This document shows, one piece after another, positions 20,601-30,885 of a DNA stretch of 64,000 nt. The notes below the pieces were generated by a model. It did not search any database. It saw only the letters and a program-made list of their open reading frames with translations, and was not told the DNA's origin. The translations under genes were made by a program, and so were the position numbers. The DNA lies in the IMG/VR virus record IMGVR_UViG_3300031772_000014, positions 1-64,000 of that record; one strand, 5' to 3'. Origin of the DNA: a virus. Each line of letters opens with the position of its first letter. Position 1 is the stretch's first letter.

Positions 20601-23600
20601 CTCGGTCCACGTTCCCAGGTGACGTGGACCCCAACTCGAGCTTCGCTTTCGCTAGGTCCTTGGTCACGTCGATCCTGTCGAGCAGCGTCTTGATACCGGG
20701 GCCTCCACGGACACCTGCCACGCTGGTAGTGATCTCTCCCGTCCCAGGCACGACACCCTTGGTGCCGTCGATGATGGAGTTGAACTGCTTCTGGGTGATG
20801 CCCGTGAGCTTCTTGATCGGCTCCTGGAAGAGCGGGTTCGGAAGCGCTTCCGCGAGCGCGATGTGGGACCACTTAGTCCCACCGTGACCGCCGGTCACCT
20901 TGTCATCGAACAAGCCACCAGGCATCGGCTCGTACTCACCGCTCTTGTTCGTCTTCGCCCGGACGGGTGAGTTACCAGCCGTCTTCAACTCACCCGCGGA
21001 CATGTTGAGGATGTGCTTGTCCGTCAAAGGGGAGACGTGGAACTCATGCCCCTTCTTCTCGATGTTGATGCCAGTACCTTGGAGCATCTGGGTGAAGCGG
21101 TGGAAAGCGAACGTCGGACGAGGCGGCGGCGGCGGCATCCCGTTCTGAATCGCGTTCCAGATGTCGTTGTGCTGGTTTCCTTGCGTCCATCGCTTCGCTT
21201 CGTTCGTCTGGATGTCGTTGCCCTCGGACTTCCAGGTCTGCATCTCTCGGATGTTCGCCTTCGCGCCGTGCGCGAGCATCGAGTAGAGCCCGAGAGCTCC
21301 CAGGCTCTGACCGCCGGCGTGACCGCCACCGGTAGGCTGGAGGAAGGAGTCGTACCCCTCCGCCTCGGTCAGCTTCGGCAAGCCCATCCCGGAACGTACC
21401 GAGAGCTTCTTGTCCACCTGGTGGACCAACTTCATCATGTACTGCTTGCCCACCAGAGCTTCCCCGATGGGGAGTTTCGTCATGGGATCGATCAGGTGCT
21501 CGGTGTCGCTGAGCCCGTGCTGCTTCAACTCACCCTTGACCTTCTCGAGGTAGTCCCCCGTGGTCGAGTCGAAGTTATGGACGAGGTACGGCTTGCCGGT
21601 CTTCTCGGCAATCTTGGACACAGCCGTCTCGAGCACCTGCCCGATGTTCATGCGTCCAGGGACGCCAGCAGGGTTCAGCAAAACCTCGGTGGGCTTCCCG
21701 TCTGCCGTGTGCGGCATCTCCTTGTTTGGAAGCACCAAGGTCACGATGCCCTTGTTGCCGTAGCGCCCGGCAATCTTGTCACCGACCTGCATGGGCTCGA
21801 TGGTGCGGACATGGACGGAGATGTTCTCTCCGGTCTTGTGGACCCCCACCACCTCACCCTTGAAGTCAGACGTCCACCGGACGGACTTGTCCGTGTGCTG
21901 GTTGATCATGCTCTTCCGAAGAGCCGCCACACCCGTCCGGTCCTTGAGCTGGTACGGCATCGTCGCGAGGATGAGCGGGTCACCAGACTTGACCGTGGCC
22001 CCAATCTTCACGACCCCGTGCTCATCAACGTTCTTGTACTGCTCCGCCGTGAAGGCTGTGAGGTGTTGCTGCCGGAACTTCTCCGGAGAGAACACCATCC
22101 CCTCCTTCTTCTCGACGTCATGCTTGTGCAAGTGCTCGCTGGAGAGCATCTGCGCGGCTGTCTCGCTGATGACCACCCCGTCCTCGAAGTTGTAACCCTT
22201 GAAGGGGATGTACGCGACGCGGAGGTTGGTACCCAGCGCCAACGCCCCGTTCTTCGAGTAGTTCGTGTCCGCGACGATCTGCCCAGCCTTCACCTTGTCC
22301 CCAACCTTCACGAGCGGGGTCGAGTTCATCGAGCTCTTGGCGTCGTTCAACGGGTAGTGATGGTAGAGCTGAATCTCGTGCTCGCCGTCCTTGCCCTTGA
22401 TCGTGATGCCGTCCTTCGTGATCCCTGAGACGACGCCATCCGTCCTCGAGAAGTGCGCGGTCTGCTTCCCCACCAGATGCTCGAAGGAGTTGATCCCCGT
22501 GGTGGTGGGAGGCGTGGCCACCTGGACGAGCGGTGCTTGGCGACCGATGAGGGAAATCGCCTGCTCCATGTGACGGCTGCCCATGCTCGCGCGACCACCA
22601 GAGCTGTTGCCCAGGAACGGGATGAGGTTCGAGGTGACGTTGAATAGCTGTGACGAGTGCCGGAGCACGTAGTCGGCTTCGACGAACTTCTTCTCTTCGA
22701 TCTTGTTCCCCTGCCCGACGATCTTGATCATGGGACCAGTCGGCACGGGCTTTCCGTCCTTCCAGGTCACCTGGTCCGGCAGGGCGACGTTCGAGGCGAT
22801 GAACTGGTGCGGGCTGATGTCCTCCGTCTTCCCGGTGCGGATGTTGAAGACCGGAATCTTCGCCTCGTTGCCGACCTTCTTCAAACCAATCGGCAGGCGC
22901 AGGGTCACGCCCGTCTTTTCACCCTCGGGGGTGTTGATGGGATCCAAGAAGCCGATGTGCGAGACGTTGATCATCTTCGCGTCAGCCGTCACCTGCCGGT
23001 CGCTCTTGATACCGCCCGGTCCCATGATGGTCGTCTGCATCGCCGCAGACACCATCTCGAGAGGATTGATCTGCTTGGCCGGGTTCGACAGGGCACTCTT
23101 CAAGAACAGGGTGCGGACGGGCTCGTTGAAGATGTCCGCTTTGATGACATCTCGAACCCCCGTCGCCTTGGGGTTGTTGAGCTGCCGCTGCATCTTCATC
23201 TGGATGACCTTGGAGGACACCCGCATCTGATCCTGGATGAAGTCCCCTGTGGAGCGCAGGGTCTTGAACGTCAGGGAGTCCCGGTCGTCCTCTGGGGCAC
23301 CACCGTGAAGGGCCAGCAACTTGTTGGACGCCCGGTGAAGAGCATCTCCGGTGACGTGCTCGAAAGCCTTACCCAGCGTGACCTGGGTCACGTCCGGGTT
23401 GATCTTCGACTCACCCATGACTTTGATGAGGTGGTCCTCCGCCGCTTCCTTGGAGGGAGCCGGGAGCTTGGTGGTGGTCTTGTAGAACTGCTCGACCGCA
23501 CCATCCACCCGCTTGCCCTTCTTGTTGGCCTCGAAGATCTCCTTGCCCCACGACTTCTCCAGAGCCTCGTCGCTGACACCCAACGTCTTCATCAGGGGGT

Positions 23601-24093
23601 AGAGGGGGATCTTGGCCTTCTTGTAGTCCGCGACGAAGACCTTCTTCTCCGGGTCGAAGACAACGTCGAAGGCAGAACGTCCAACGACGTTGAACCGGGA
23701 CTCGAGCTCTCCGTTCGCTCGACGCCTCGTGTAGACGCCAGGCTTGAGCTGCCACTGGTTGTCCACCTGGTACTCCTGCCCGTCCAGGATGTAGGAGTAC
23801 CGGCGGGTCATCTTCGGAAGGTCGGCCAGACGAACCTTCTTCTTGTCAAGGGTCTTGCCAGTCTCGTTGTCCTTCAACGAGAGCATCCCATGGATGGGAA
23901 CGGTCCAGCTCTTGCCGTTGATCTTGGCCTCGTGCTGCGACTTGATGTCGTCCGGGTGAAGCTTGTCGTCGATCAAGACCTCGTCGAGATGCAGCGTCGT
24001 GGTCCTACCTTTGAAGGGGAACGAGGACTTCAACCCTTCCACGGTCTTGTCCCGAAGGTGGTCGAACGCATCTTGAGGATTCAGGTAGGCCAT
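17698..24093 (-). CDS. Single-chain beta-beta' fused multisubunit DNA-directed RNA polymerase
   Basis: Beta motifs TPEG, GYNFEDG, GDKIAGRYGNKG, NPAGVPGRMNIGQ and YMMKLVH. Beta' motifs RDPALH, catalytic FNADFDGDAM, bridge helix HGARRG and trigger loop GERAVQLTLKLFHTGG. Ends TAC-TTA-TGA. Confidence 0.93.
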
Positions 24094-24156
24094 CGGTAGG
24101 AACCTCTTGGCACGGTACAGCACCGGCGAGTAGCCGAGCAAGAAGACGTGAAGATA

Positions 24157-24165
24157 GGGAACAAG
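24157..24165 (+). promoter_or_regulatory. Possible promoter motif variant GGGAACAAG
   Basis: At the start of the first plus-strand block; resembles GGGATAAG at 34177 and 39105. Confidence 0.25.
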
Positions 24166-24198
24166 AGTAGCGCAGGAACTTCACGCAAGGAGAACGCC

Positions 24199-24285
24199 AT
24201 GGATCCCGAAGAAAACTCAGGAAGCGACTACGAATCCGACATCGACGACATGTACCGGCCGAGCGACAACCAGGACAGCGAATGA
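24199..24285 (+). CDS. 28-aa highly acidic peptide
   Basis: AAGGAG RBS; MDPEENSGSDYESDIDDMYRPSDNQDSE; ATGA overlap with the next ORF. Confidence 0.5.
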   Translation: MDPEENSGSDYESDIDDMYRPSDNQDSE

Positions 24286-24398
24286 TCAAGTTGCTCTTCC
24301 TCGCTATCGTAGCGGCTCTGCTGAAGGGCTGCATCGACGGACTGCGGGAAGCTTTCAACAGGAGGTTCCATGATAGTGAACCCAAGTACGGCTGGTAG
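24282..24398 (+). CDS. 38-aa putative lipoprotein/membrane peptide
   Basis: MIKLLFLAIVAALLKGC...: signal-like helix with a lipobox-like Cys; translationally coupled. Confidence 0.45.
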   Translation: MIKLLFLAIVAALLKGCIDGLREAFNRRFHDSEPKYGW

Positions 24399-24963
24399 CT
24401 TGAGCATCATCAGCGGGCGAATGCTCGCTGAGACGTTCGGCCTCATCGGGGAGACCATCAAGGACGCCGGAAATCCCAGGAGGCTCTGGTCCATCACGGG
24501 GTTCTACGCTCCGCTCAACATGGCCATCAGCGGCATCAGGGCCCGCCTCCAGGACCAGAAGGACTTCATCGCCTTCGTGAACCAGAGGGACCTCGAGGTC
24601 TTGCTCGGGATTGGAATCCCAGGAGAGTACTGCGCGTGGCTCGGGGAGGACTACGTGAGCACCTTTGACAGAAGTTGGCTGGGCATCTGCACGGACACCG
24701 AAGACCTCGAAGATGATCTCTTCGGCAGAGAGGCGGAGCTCAGGAACCTCCAGACGGAGATCACCGGTAGTCCGTTGCTTCCCACCGGGTTGGAGATCAC
24801 CAGAAGGGTTTGCCTGAACGAGAACACGGACTGCGAGGAGCTCCACTACCTGCGGGGAGACTTCAACAACGAAACGGGCACGTACCCGGACCTGCGGTTT
24901 CAAACCCTGACGGAACGATGGATCAGGGTAGAGAGGAGATCTATGGTGTGGCGCCAAACATAG
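24370..24963 (+). CDS. Hypothetical protein
   Basis: 197 aa with a strong AGGAGG RBS. Confidence 0.65.
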   Translation: MIVNPSTAGSLSIISGRMLAETFGLIGETIKDAGNPRRLWSITGFYAPLNMAISGIRARLQDQKDFIAFVNQRDLEVLLGIGIPGEYCAWLGEDYVSTFDRSWLGICTDTEDLEDDLFGREAELRNLQTEITGSPLLPTGLEITRRVCLNENTDCEELHYLRGDFNNETGTYPDLRFQTLTERWIRVERRSMVWRQT

Positions 24964-25529
24964 GTTGGTCGTCGTGGAAGGACGCAGAAAGTGAAGAAGA
25001 GGTGGAAAACCTCTCCGAGCACCTCTGTGCTTGCTGCGAGGAACCCATCAAGTTCAACGAGGAGATCATCCTCCTTCAAGGCGCCTACCCGCACTTTGAT
25101 GGAGAAGACATCCACTACAACATGGCGCTGGATGACGACGGTGAGCCTGACGTCATGCCCGTGTTCATGCACATCGACTGCTGGGACCACGTCGGAGAGA
25201 CCATCTGCGAGATACGTGAAGATACTCCTCCCATCAACGAACCAGGAACCATCATCGAATGTGACACTTGCCTGTGCTCAGTACGCATGGGCGAGAAGGT
25301 AGTCATCGCGGAGTCGGGAACGTTCATTCAAAACCCAAGAGGAGGTGGGCCCAAGTTCCAGACCAGGGTCATCACCAACATCCTCTGTCTGCCCTGTGCG
25401 ACGATTGTATCCGACGTTTCGGAGATCGAATCCTGGGTGGACATCAACCAGCAAGGTGAGTGCTTCCACTGCACCAAAGCCCATTGCTGGCGAATCGGTA
25501 AGTGTTTCTGTGTGTGCCACGTCACCTGA
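24948..25529 (+). CDS. Cys/His-rich multi-Zn-finger protein
   Basis: CACC, HIDC, CDTC, CLPC, CFHC and C-terminal CFCVCH motifs; GTG start after AGGAG. Confidence 0.6.
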   Translation: MAPNIGWSSWKDAESEEEVENLSEHLCACCEEPIKFNEEIILLQGAYPHFDGEDIHYNMALDDDGEPDVMPVFMHIDCWDHVGETICEIREDTPPINEPGTIIECDTCLCSVRMGEKVVIAESGTFIQNPRGGGPKFQTRVITNILCLPCATIVSDVSEIESWVDINQQGECFHCTKAHCWRIGKCFCVCHVT

Positions 25530-25556
25530 ACAACCGCTCGTAGCGGTTGTTCTTTA
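25528..25556 (+). terminator. Hairpin terminator/attenuator
   Basis: GAACAACCGCT-CGT-AGCGGTTGTTC followed by TTT. Confidence 0.55.
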
Positions 25557-25571
25557 CCAAAGGAATCCAAC

Positions 25572-26774
25572 ATGCTCAATCCGAACGTGCTCATCACCGC
25601 GCTCTGCGTCCCGATGGAGAAGAACAAAGCTGTCGATGACCCCACCCATCGTATGGGTCTTCCGGTGAACCTCATCGGGGGCTCCGGCGTCGGCAAGTCG
25701 GAGTACGTGGAAGATGTCGGGGAAGCACTGAGGTTCTTCGTTCACACGGTCATCCCCGCCACCTCGAACCCCGAGGACATCGGAGGCTACCCCGTGCAGG
25801 ACGGAAAGGGCGGGCTCACCCGCCTGTGCGATGACGCCGGCATCTACCAGCTCATCGATACCGGGGAAGGCATCCTCTTCCTCGACGAGGTGAACACCAA
25901 CCGAGCCGCCATGCAGGCGGCCTACCTGCGCGTGGTCCTGAAGCGCATCTACGGCGGCATGTCGCTGCCCAACCGATGCCGCATCATATCGGCCATGAAC
26001 CCCCCGGAGCTCTCGGCCGGCGGCATCCCGCTAACGCCACCGATGGCGAACCGCTTCTGCCACATCCCGTTCTCGGCCGGCACCCCACGAGAGTGGTCGG
26101 ACTGGTTGCTCGACTACGACGGCGAGAAGGTGGAGAGCATGTACGACGCCGAGAAGAAGGTCGTGAACAACTGGTCGAAGTCCTGGGCGCTCTCGGCCAA
26201 CCAAATCGCCGGGTTCGTCCGAGCGAAGTCGGACTCGCTCAACAAGCAGCCGCTCCCTGGAGACCCCAAGGGAAGCGGGGCATGGCCGTCAAGCCGCACC
26301 AACTTCTGGGCGGCCAGGACCTTGGCGACGGCACGAGCCCTCGGGCAGGACGGGCTCGTGGAGGACATTCTCCTCCAGGGGCTGTGCGGTGAAGCATGGC
26401 TGACGGAGTTCAGGGCGTACGTGAAGGCCGCGGACCTCCCGGACCCCGAGACCATGCTCACCAAGGGATGGGAGATCGATACGCGGCGGCTCGACCGCAC
26501 CATGACGGCCCTCGAGACGCTCGGCAGGTACGTGGCCGACATCCCGGTGACCGACCCCACCAGGATCGACAAGGCCGAGAAGGCATGGGATTTCCTGCAC
26601 CGGGCGTGCTCGTCCGGTCTCGGAGACCTGTGCTACCGACCAGCACGGATGCTGGTCAACGCGAAGCTCTCGGCTCTCAGTGGGTCGGCGGTTCTCGAGA
26701 AGGCAGCGAGGCCGGTCCTCGAGCGCCTCTACAAGACCAACGAGATTGGTCAGAAGATTGCGAGCCTCACGTGA
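25572..26774 (+). CDS. MoxR-like AAA+ ATPase
   Basis: Walker A GGSGVGKS, Walker B ILFLDEVN, SAMNP and PMANRF. Confidence 0.85.
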   Translation: MLNPNVLITALCVPMEKNKAVDDPTHRMGLPVNLIGGSGVGKSEYVEDVGEALRFFVHTVIPATSNPEDIGGYPVQDGKGGLTRLCDDAGIYQLIDTGEGILFLDEVNTNRAAMQAAYLRVVLKRIYGGMSLPNRCRIISAMNPPELSAGGIPLTPPMANRFCHIPFSAGTPREWSDWLLDYDGEKVESMYDAEKKVVNNWSKSWALSANQIAGFVRAKSDSLNKQPLPGDPKGSGAWPSSRTNFWAARTLATARALGQDGLVEDILLQGLCGEAWLTEFRAYVKAADLPDPETMLTKGWEIDTRRLDRTMTALETLGRYVADIPVTDPTRIDKAEKAWDFLHRACSSGLGDLCYRPARMLVNAKLSALSGSAVLEKAARPVLERLYKTNEIGQKIASLT

Positions 26775-28012
26775 GCATCGAAGAGAAGATGATGATGGCC
26801 CGGATGATCATGCGTGCGGAAGCCCAGTACTTCACCGCCGCCCTGATGGGCCTCATCCCGTACTACACGGAGGAAGTACCGACTTGTGCGGTCACGAAGG
26901 GGATGGTGCTCATCATCAACCCCACCTACCTCTTGTCCCTCACGGACATGCAGGCAGCTACCAGGCTGTGGCACGAAGTTCAACACGTCCTCCGGGACAG
27001 CTTCGAGATGTTCTCGTCGTACGACAAGGTAGCCGACATGATGGCGTTCATGGACGTGGCGAACCGTGGGCAGGACCTCGCCATCAACTCCAGCGGGAGA
27101 ACGGGCCCATGGGACTTCGGTCCCGACGGGCTGCTACCGGCGCAGTTCGGTTTCCCCGAGGGACTGACCGCACAGGAGTACATCCTGCTCCTCCTGGACG
27201 ACCAAGGTAAGCAGCAGCAGCAGAAGAAGGAGAAGTGGGGAGGTTGCCACGGGTGCGGGTCGGCCTCCGGAAAGCCAGCCGACAAGGAGCTCGAGGAGAA
27301 GATCGATGCCCAGATGGGGAGAGCACCCAGCGACGTGAAGGAGATCGAGCGCCAAGTCGCTCGAGACATCATCAAGCACAACGCGAAGTATCCGGGGACC
27401 ATGACGGGAGCCTGGGAGGAGTGGGCGAAGGCCAAGCTCGAGCCCGCCAAGGTCCCGTGGGAACAGAAGTTCGCCAACATGGTCCGACACTGCTTGGCGG
27501 TGTACACGCCCGGCGGAGGGGTCGACAACAGCTACCAGCACCCCGCCAGGAGGTCGTACGTGGGGCCCATCGGCTCCCCGTCCGTCCTGTACCCAGGGCC
27601 CGTCGATCCTGTCATCGAGGCAGCGTTGATCCTCGACACCAGCGGGTCGATGGGGATCAGCACGGACATCGCCATCGCTCTTCGTGAGATGCGTGCGGTG
27701 GTCGAGTCAGTAGGGCAACGAGAATGCTGGCTCCTCGAGGTCGACGCCGAAGAGGCCGCGAAGGCCAGGAGGGTTACGCCTCCTGAACTGATCAGCCTCA
27801 ACATCCACGGCCGCGGCGGTACGGACTTCCGCCCGGCCTTCACGGCCATCGAGAAGCTCAACCCAAAGCCCTCGGTGGCCATCTACATGACGGACGGCAT
27901 GGGGCCGGCTCCGACAAACAAGCCCGCAAACCTGGAGGTGATCTGGTGCCTAGTCGGAGAGGGGAGAAAAGCTCCGACGTCTTGGGGTCACGTGGTGCAC
28001 GTAAAAGACTGA
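26771..28012 (+). CDS. Metallopeptidase-like (HExxH) + vWA domain protein
   Basis: HEVQH; MIDAS DTSGS; GRGGTDF; TDG. GTGA overlap with the MoxR gene. Confidence 0.85.
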   Translation: MSIEEKMMMARMIMRAEAQYFTAALMGLIPYYTEEVPTCAVTKGMVLIINPTYLLSLTDMQAATRLWHEVQHVLRDSFEMFSSYDKVADMMAFMDVANRGQDLAINSSGRTGPWDFGPDGLLPAQFGFPEGLTAQEYILLLLDDQGKQQQQKKEKWGGCHGCGSASGKPADKELEEKIDAQMGRAPSDVKEIERQVARDIIKHNAKYPGTMTGAWEEWAKAKLEPAKVPWEQKFANMVRHCLAVYTPGGGVDNSYQHPARRSYVGPIGSPSVLYPGPVDPVIEAALILDTSGSMGISTDIAIALREMRAVVESVGQRECWLLEVDAEEAAKARRVTPPELISLNIHGRGGTDFRPAFTAIEKLNPKPSVAIYMTDGMGPAPTNKPANLEVIWCLVGEGRKAPTSWGHVVHVKD

Positions 28013-28020
28013 GACGGAAC

Positions 28021-28749
28021 GTGCCGACAAGCCCCATCGGGATGATCACGGTCCCGTGCTGCGGTGAGAACCACCTCATCTACGTCAGCCCGAAGATGAA
28101 GGTCGTCTGCCTCAATCACACGATTCCCCCGAAGACCTTGGCCGCTGAGGCAGTAATCGGTGAGGACGTCAAAGGTTGCCCGGCCGCCGTGGCGGCGCTC
28201 ATCGGCGCTAAGCCTATCGAGAGCTACAACTTTGAACTCTGGGTTCATCGAATCCTCGAAGCCACCGTGCACAAGCAGCAAGGCTGGCACAACTTCCAGC
28301 AGGCACGTACGGCTGATCCGTTGCAGCAGAAGTTCGGAGAACGCCCCTCGCTACTACTTGCCAAGGCCACCAGTATCCTGTGGGGGCTCAAGTTCCGTAC
28401 AACGAAAACAAGCGTAGGGCACGCCCTCTTCATCAAGGAGGTAACGGGCATCCCGTGGGCGATTGGAGACAGGAGAACGGTAAACCCCACGTCCAGTAAG
28501 AAGAAGGCGTTCGCGAACATCCAGCAGCAGGTACACGTCAACCTCAACCCAAAGATGTGGGCCCGCGTGCTGAAGCTGTGCGGACCTGTCGTCGACGGCT
28601 TGTTCATCCTCCGCGTCAACAACGTGTGGAGCAAGAACGACATCGAAGTCACGGTCATGTACCAGTCCAAGGGGTACGCCATCGCCACCGCTCCCAGACG
28701 CATTCGGCGTGGGAATGATGGCGTGTGGAGGACCCACGAGAAGCTGTAA
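28021..28749 (+). CDS. Hypothetical basic protein
   Basis: Fills the gap before a terminator; CC..H..C..H near the N-terminus. Confidence 0.55.
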   Translation: MPTSPIGMITVPCCGENHLIYVSPKMKVVCLNHTIPPKTLAAEAVIGEDVKGCPAAVAALIGAKPIESYNFELWVHRILEATVHKQQGWHNFQQARTADPLQQKFGERPSLLLAKATSILWGLKFRTTKTSVGHALFIKEVTGIPWAIGDRRTVNPTSSKKKAFANIQQQVHVNLNPKMWARVLKLCGPVVDGLFILRVNNVWSKNDIEVTVMYQSKGYAIATAPRRIRRGNDGVWRTHEKL

Positions 28750-28754
28750 GTAGG

Positions 28755-28786
28755 AGAGGCCCGCAAGGGCCTCTTCTTCTAGCCCT
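28755..28786 (+). terminator. Terminator at convergent junction
   Basis: AGAGGCCC-GCAA-GGGCCTCT followed by TCTTCTAGCCCT. Confidence 0.7.
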
Positions 28787-30885
28787 CAGACGGAAGAGTT
28801 CGTACGTCGAGGTGACCGCTGCTCTGGTAGCGGGCGGGTATCCACCTGCGGCCCAGAACCACCACCAGGGCTGCCCTTGCCAGGAGAGACCCCCATACCC
28901 TTGAGCATCTGCATGACCAGGTCCGCGAGCTCAGGGCTCTGGGCCCGGAGGTTCTGAATCGCGAGGGCCTGCATGACGGGATCCATCCTGGAGATGACCT
29001 GCGCTTGCTGCCCCGCCATCGAGTTGATGTCGACGTTGAGCCCTCCGGCCATGCGCTGCCCGCCGTTCATCTTGCTGCTGATGAGATCGTCGAACTCCTG
29101 GCTCGGGGTCTGCTGTGGCTGCATCATCCCGATCTGCGGAGCATTCGGATCCTGCCCAGGGGCCCCAGGCGCTACAGCACCGTCTGCCGTGGGGGCTTGA
29201 CCGGCCGGTAGGTCGGCTGGCGCCGCCGCGGTAGCACCCCCAGGAGACCCGCCACCTTGCTGGAGGGCAGCGTCGGGGGCCCCGGGCTCTCCGGGGGCGG
29301 GGGCGGCCTGCTGGGCTTGCTGAGCGTCCAGTTGAGCCTTGTTCTGGTACTTCATCATCACCGCCTGAACCTTGCCCTGCACCTCCGCCATGGCGAGCTG
29401 CTGCTTCTCCGTGGCCTTGATGCGGGACTCCGTCTCCCGCTCCATGAGGGAGTTCTCCTCTTCCTGGGAGAGGTCGCTGTCCGCCAGGAGGGTCGTGTCA
29501 GAGACCTTGTTGCCCTGGTTGAGCTGCGAGAGGAACGCCTTCCGCTGGATGTCGTCGGCCATCTTGAACGGCTTGAATCGTCCACGGACGACGGGCCAGT
29601 CCAGGAAGTCCGCTACCTCCTGCATGACGAAGCGCAGGAGACCCTTGTGCCGGATCACGTAACCCAGGAACGAGTTCTCGAGCATCCGCATCGAGACGTT
29701 CGTGCCCGCGTACGAGAGCCCACCCTCGAGGAACTCTCTGGGGACCCCCATGCCCATCATGATGACCTGGTTCATGGACTGCATCTCCTGGGTCATCAGG
29801 AGAGCTTTGCCGTCACCGCCGATGGTTTGGTTCCCGATGGGAAGCGGGAGGATCGGGATGTAGTTCGGGTCGTATCGCCAGCGGGCAATCTCCGTCGCGA
29901 CATGGTCGCGCCAGTCCACGAGGTTGATGCTCGTGTACGGGTCGGCGGTCCCTGATCCTGCCTGCGGGAAGATGATCCGAAGAGGGATGATGTGCTCTAG
30001 GAGGATGGTCTCCTGAGCCTTCTTCATGATCTGGAGGTAGTAAGTGTCCTTCAGGACAGGTAGAAGAAGCGGGATCCCCCAGCCACGGTCTTGCGTGGCC
30101 AAGGTGGGCCGGCGCAGGTGGAAGAGCTTCTCGGCCGAGAACATCAGGCCCTTCTGATCCTTCAGCGCCTGGATGAAGATCTGCGGGGTGTCCTCGACGA
30201 TCTCCTTCCGACCGATGATGATGTCGTTCCGGATGAGCGCCGGTATCGTGTAGAAGTACGAGTAGTGCCCGGTGATGTCGTTGTAGGTGACCTCGATGTC
30301 CTCGGGGTTCCACCGGATGAGCTTCACCCCCGAGGCGTTCTTCACCGAGACGTCCTGCACCTTGGCGTCGCCCGTCAAGCCGCACTGCGGGCACCCGAGC
30401 CGAAACTGGTAGCTCGAGAAGACCCACTTGTCCCTGCACTTCTTCGCCTCTGATTTCCAGGAACAGTTCGGGCATGAGAGCCACTTCACGAACGGGGTAC
30501 CGACGCTGATGAACGCGTTCCCGTAGGCGAAGTAGTCGAGCCCAACCTCGATCTGGAAAGAGCGGTAGCGGAGGTGGTCCTCGAAGTAGTCGCTCCACTT
30601 CTTGACCGCGTCCCTGCTGTCGCTCTCGAACACGATGTCCGTGATCGGGTACTCGCTCAGCTTGAACACCGTCGCGTTGATGAGCGGGTTCGTGAGGAAG
30701 TAGTACCGGCACCACCGGAACATCTGCTTGACCGTGGCCGGCAGATACGTGTGCGCGATGTCGAAGAACGGGCTTGGGTAGTTGACCCCTCCACCGACAC
30801 CGTTCTGGATGCGTCCGCGCGTGTGCGAGAACCGCATCCCGTTCGCGGGACCGGCGACATTCAAACCGCCACCGATGAGAGTCAT
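28786..30885 (-). CDS. Portal protein with Zn-ribbon insert and low-complexity tail
   Basis: NPLINATVFKLSEYP, YFAYGNAF, LFHLRRP..GWGIP and MGVPREFL..SYAG are portal-like; CPNC...CPQC insert. Confidence 0.75.
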   Translation of the reverse strand: MTLIGGGLNVAGPANGMRFSHTRGRIQNGVGGGVNYPSPFFDIAHTYLPATVKQMFRWCRYYFLTNPLINATVFKLSEYPITDIVFESDSRDAVKKWSDYFEDHLRYRSFQIEVGLDYFAYGNAFISVGTPFVKWLSCPNCSWKSEAKKCRDKWVFSSYQFRLGCPQCGLTGDAKVQDVSVKNASGVKLIRWNPEDIEVTYNDITGHYSYFYTIPALIRNDIIIGRKEIVEDTPQIFIQALKDQKGLMFSAEKLFHLRRPTLATQDRGWGIPLLLPVLKDTYYLQIMKKAQETILLEHIIPLRIIFPQAGSGTADPYTSINLVDWRDHVATEIARWRYDPNYIPILPLPIGNQTIGGDGKALLMTQEMQSMNQVIMMGMGVPREFLEGGLSYAGTNVSMRMLENSFLGYVIRHKGLLRFVMQEVADFLDWPVVRGRFKPFKMADDIQRKAFLSQLNQGNKVSDTTLLADSDLSQEEENSLMERETESRIKATEKQQLAMAEVQGKVQAVMMKYQNKAQLDAQQAQQAAPAPGEPGAPDAALQQGGGSPGGATAAAPADLPAGQAPTADGAVAPGAPGQDPNAPQIGMMQPQQTPSQEFDDLISSKMNGGQRMAGGLNVDINSMAGQQAQVISRMDPVMQALAIQNLRAQSPELADLVMQMLKGMGVSPGKGSPGGGSGPQVDTRPLPEQRSPRRTNSSV

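Noticed and set aside
17698-24093. Bacterial rpoBC locus
   Set aside because: No ribosomal protein neighbours, divergent motifs, and it is embedded among virion genes.
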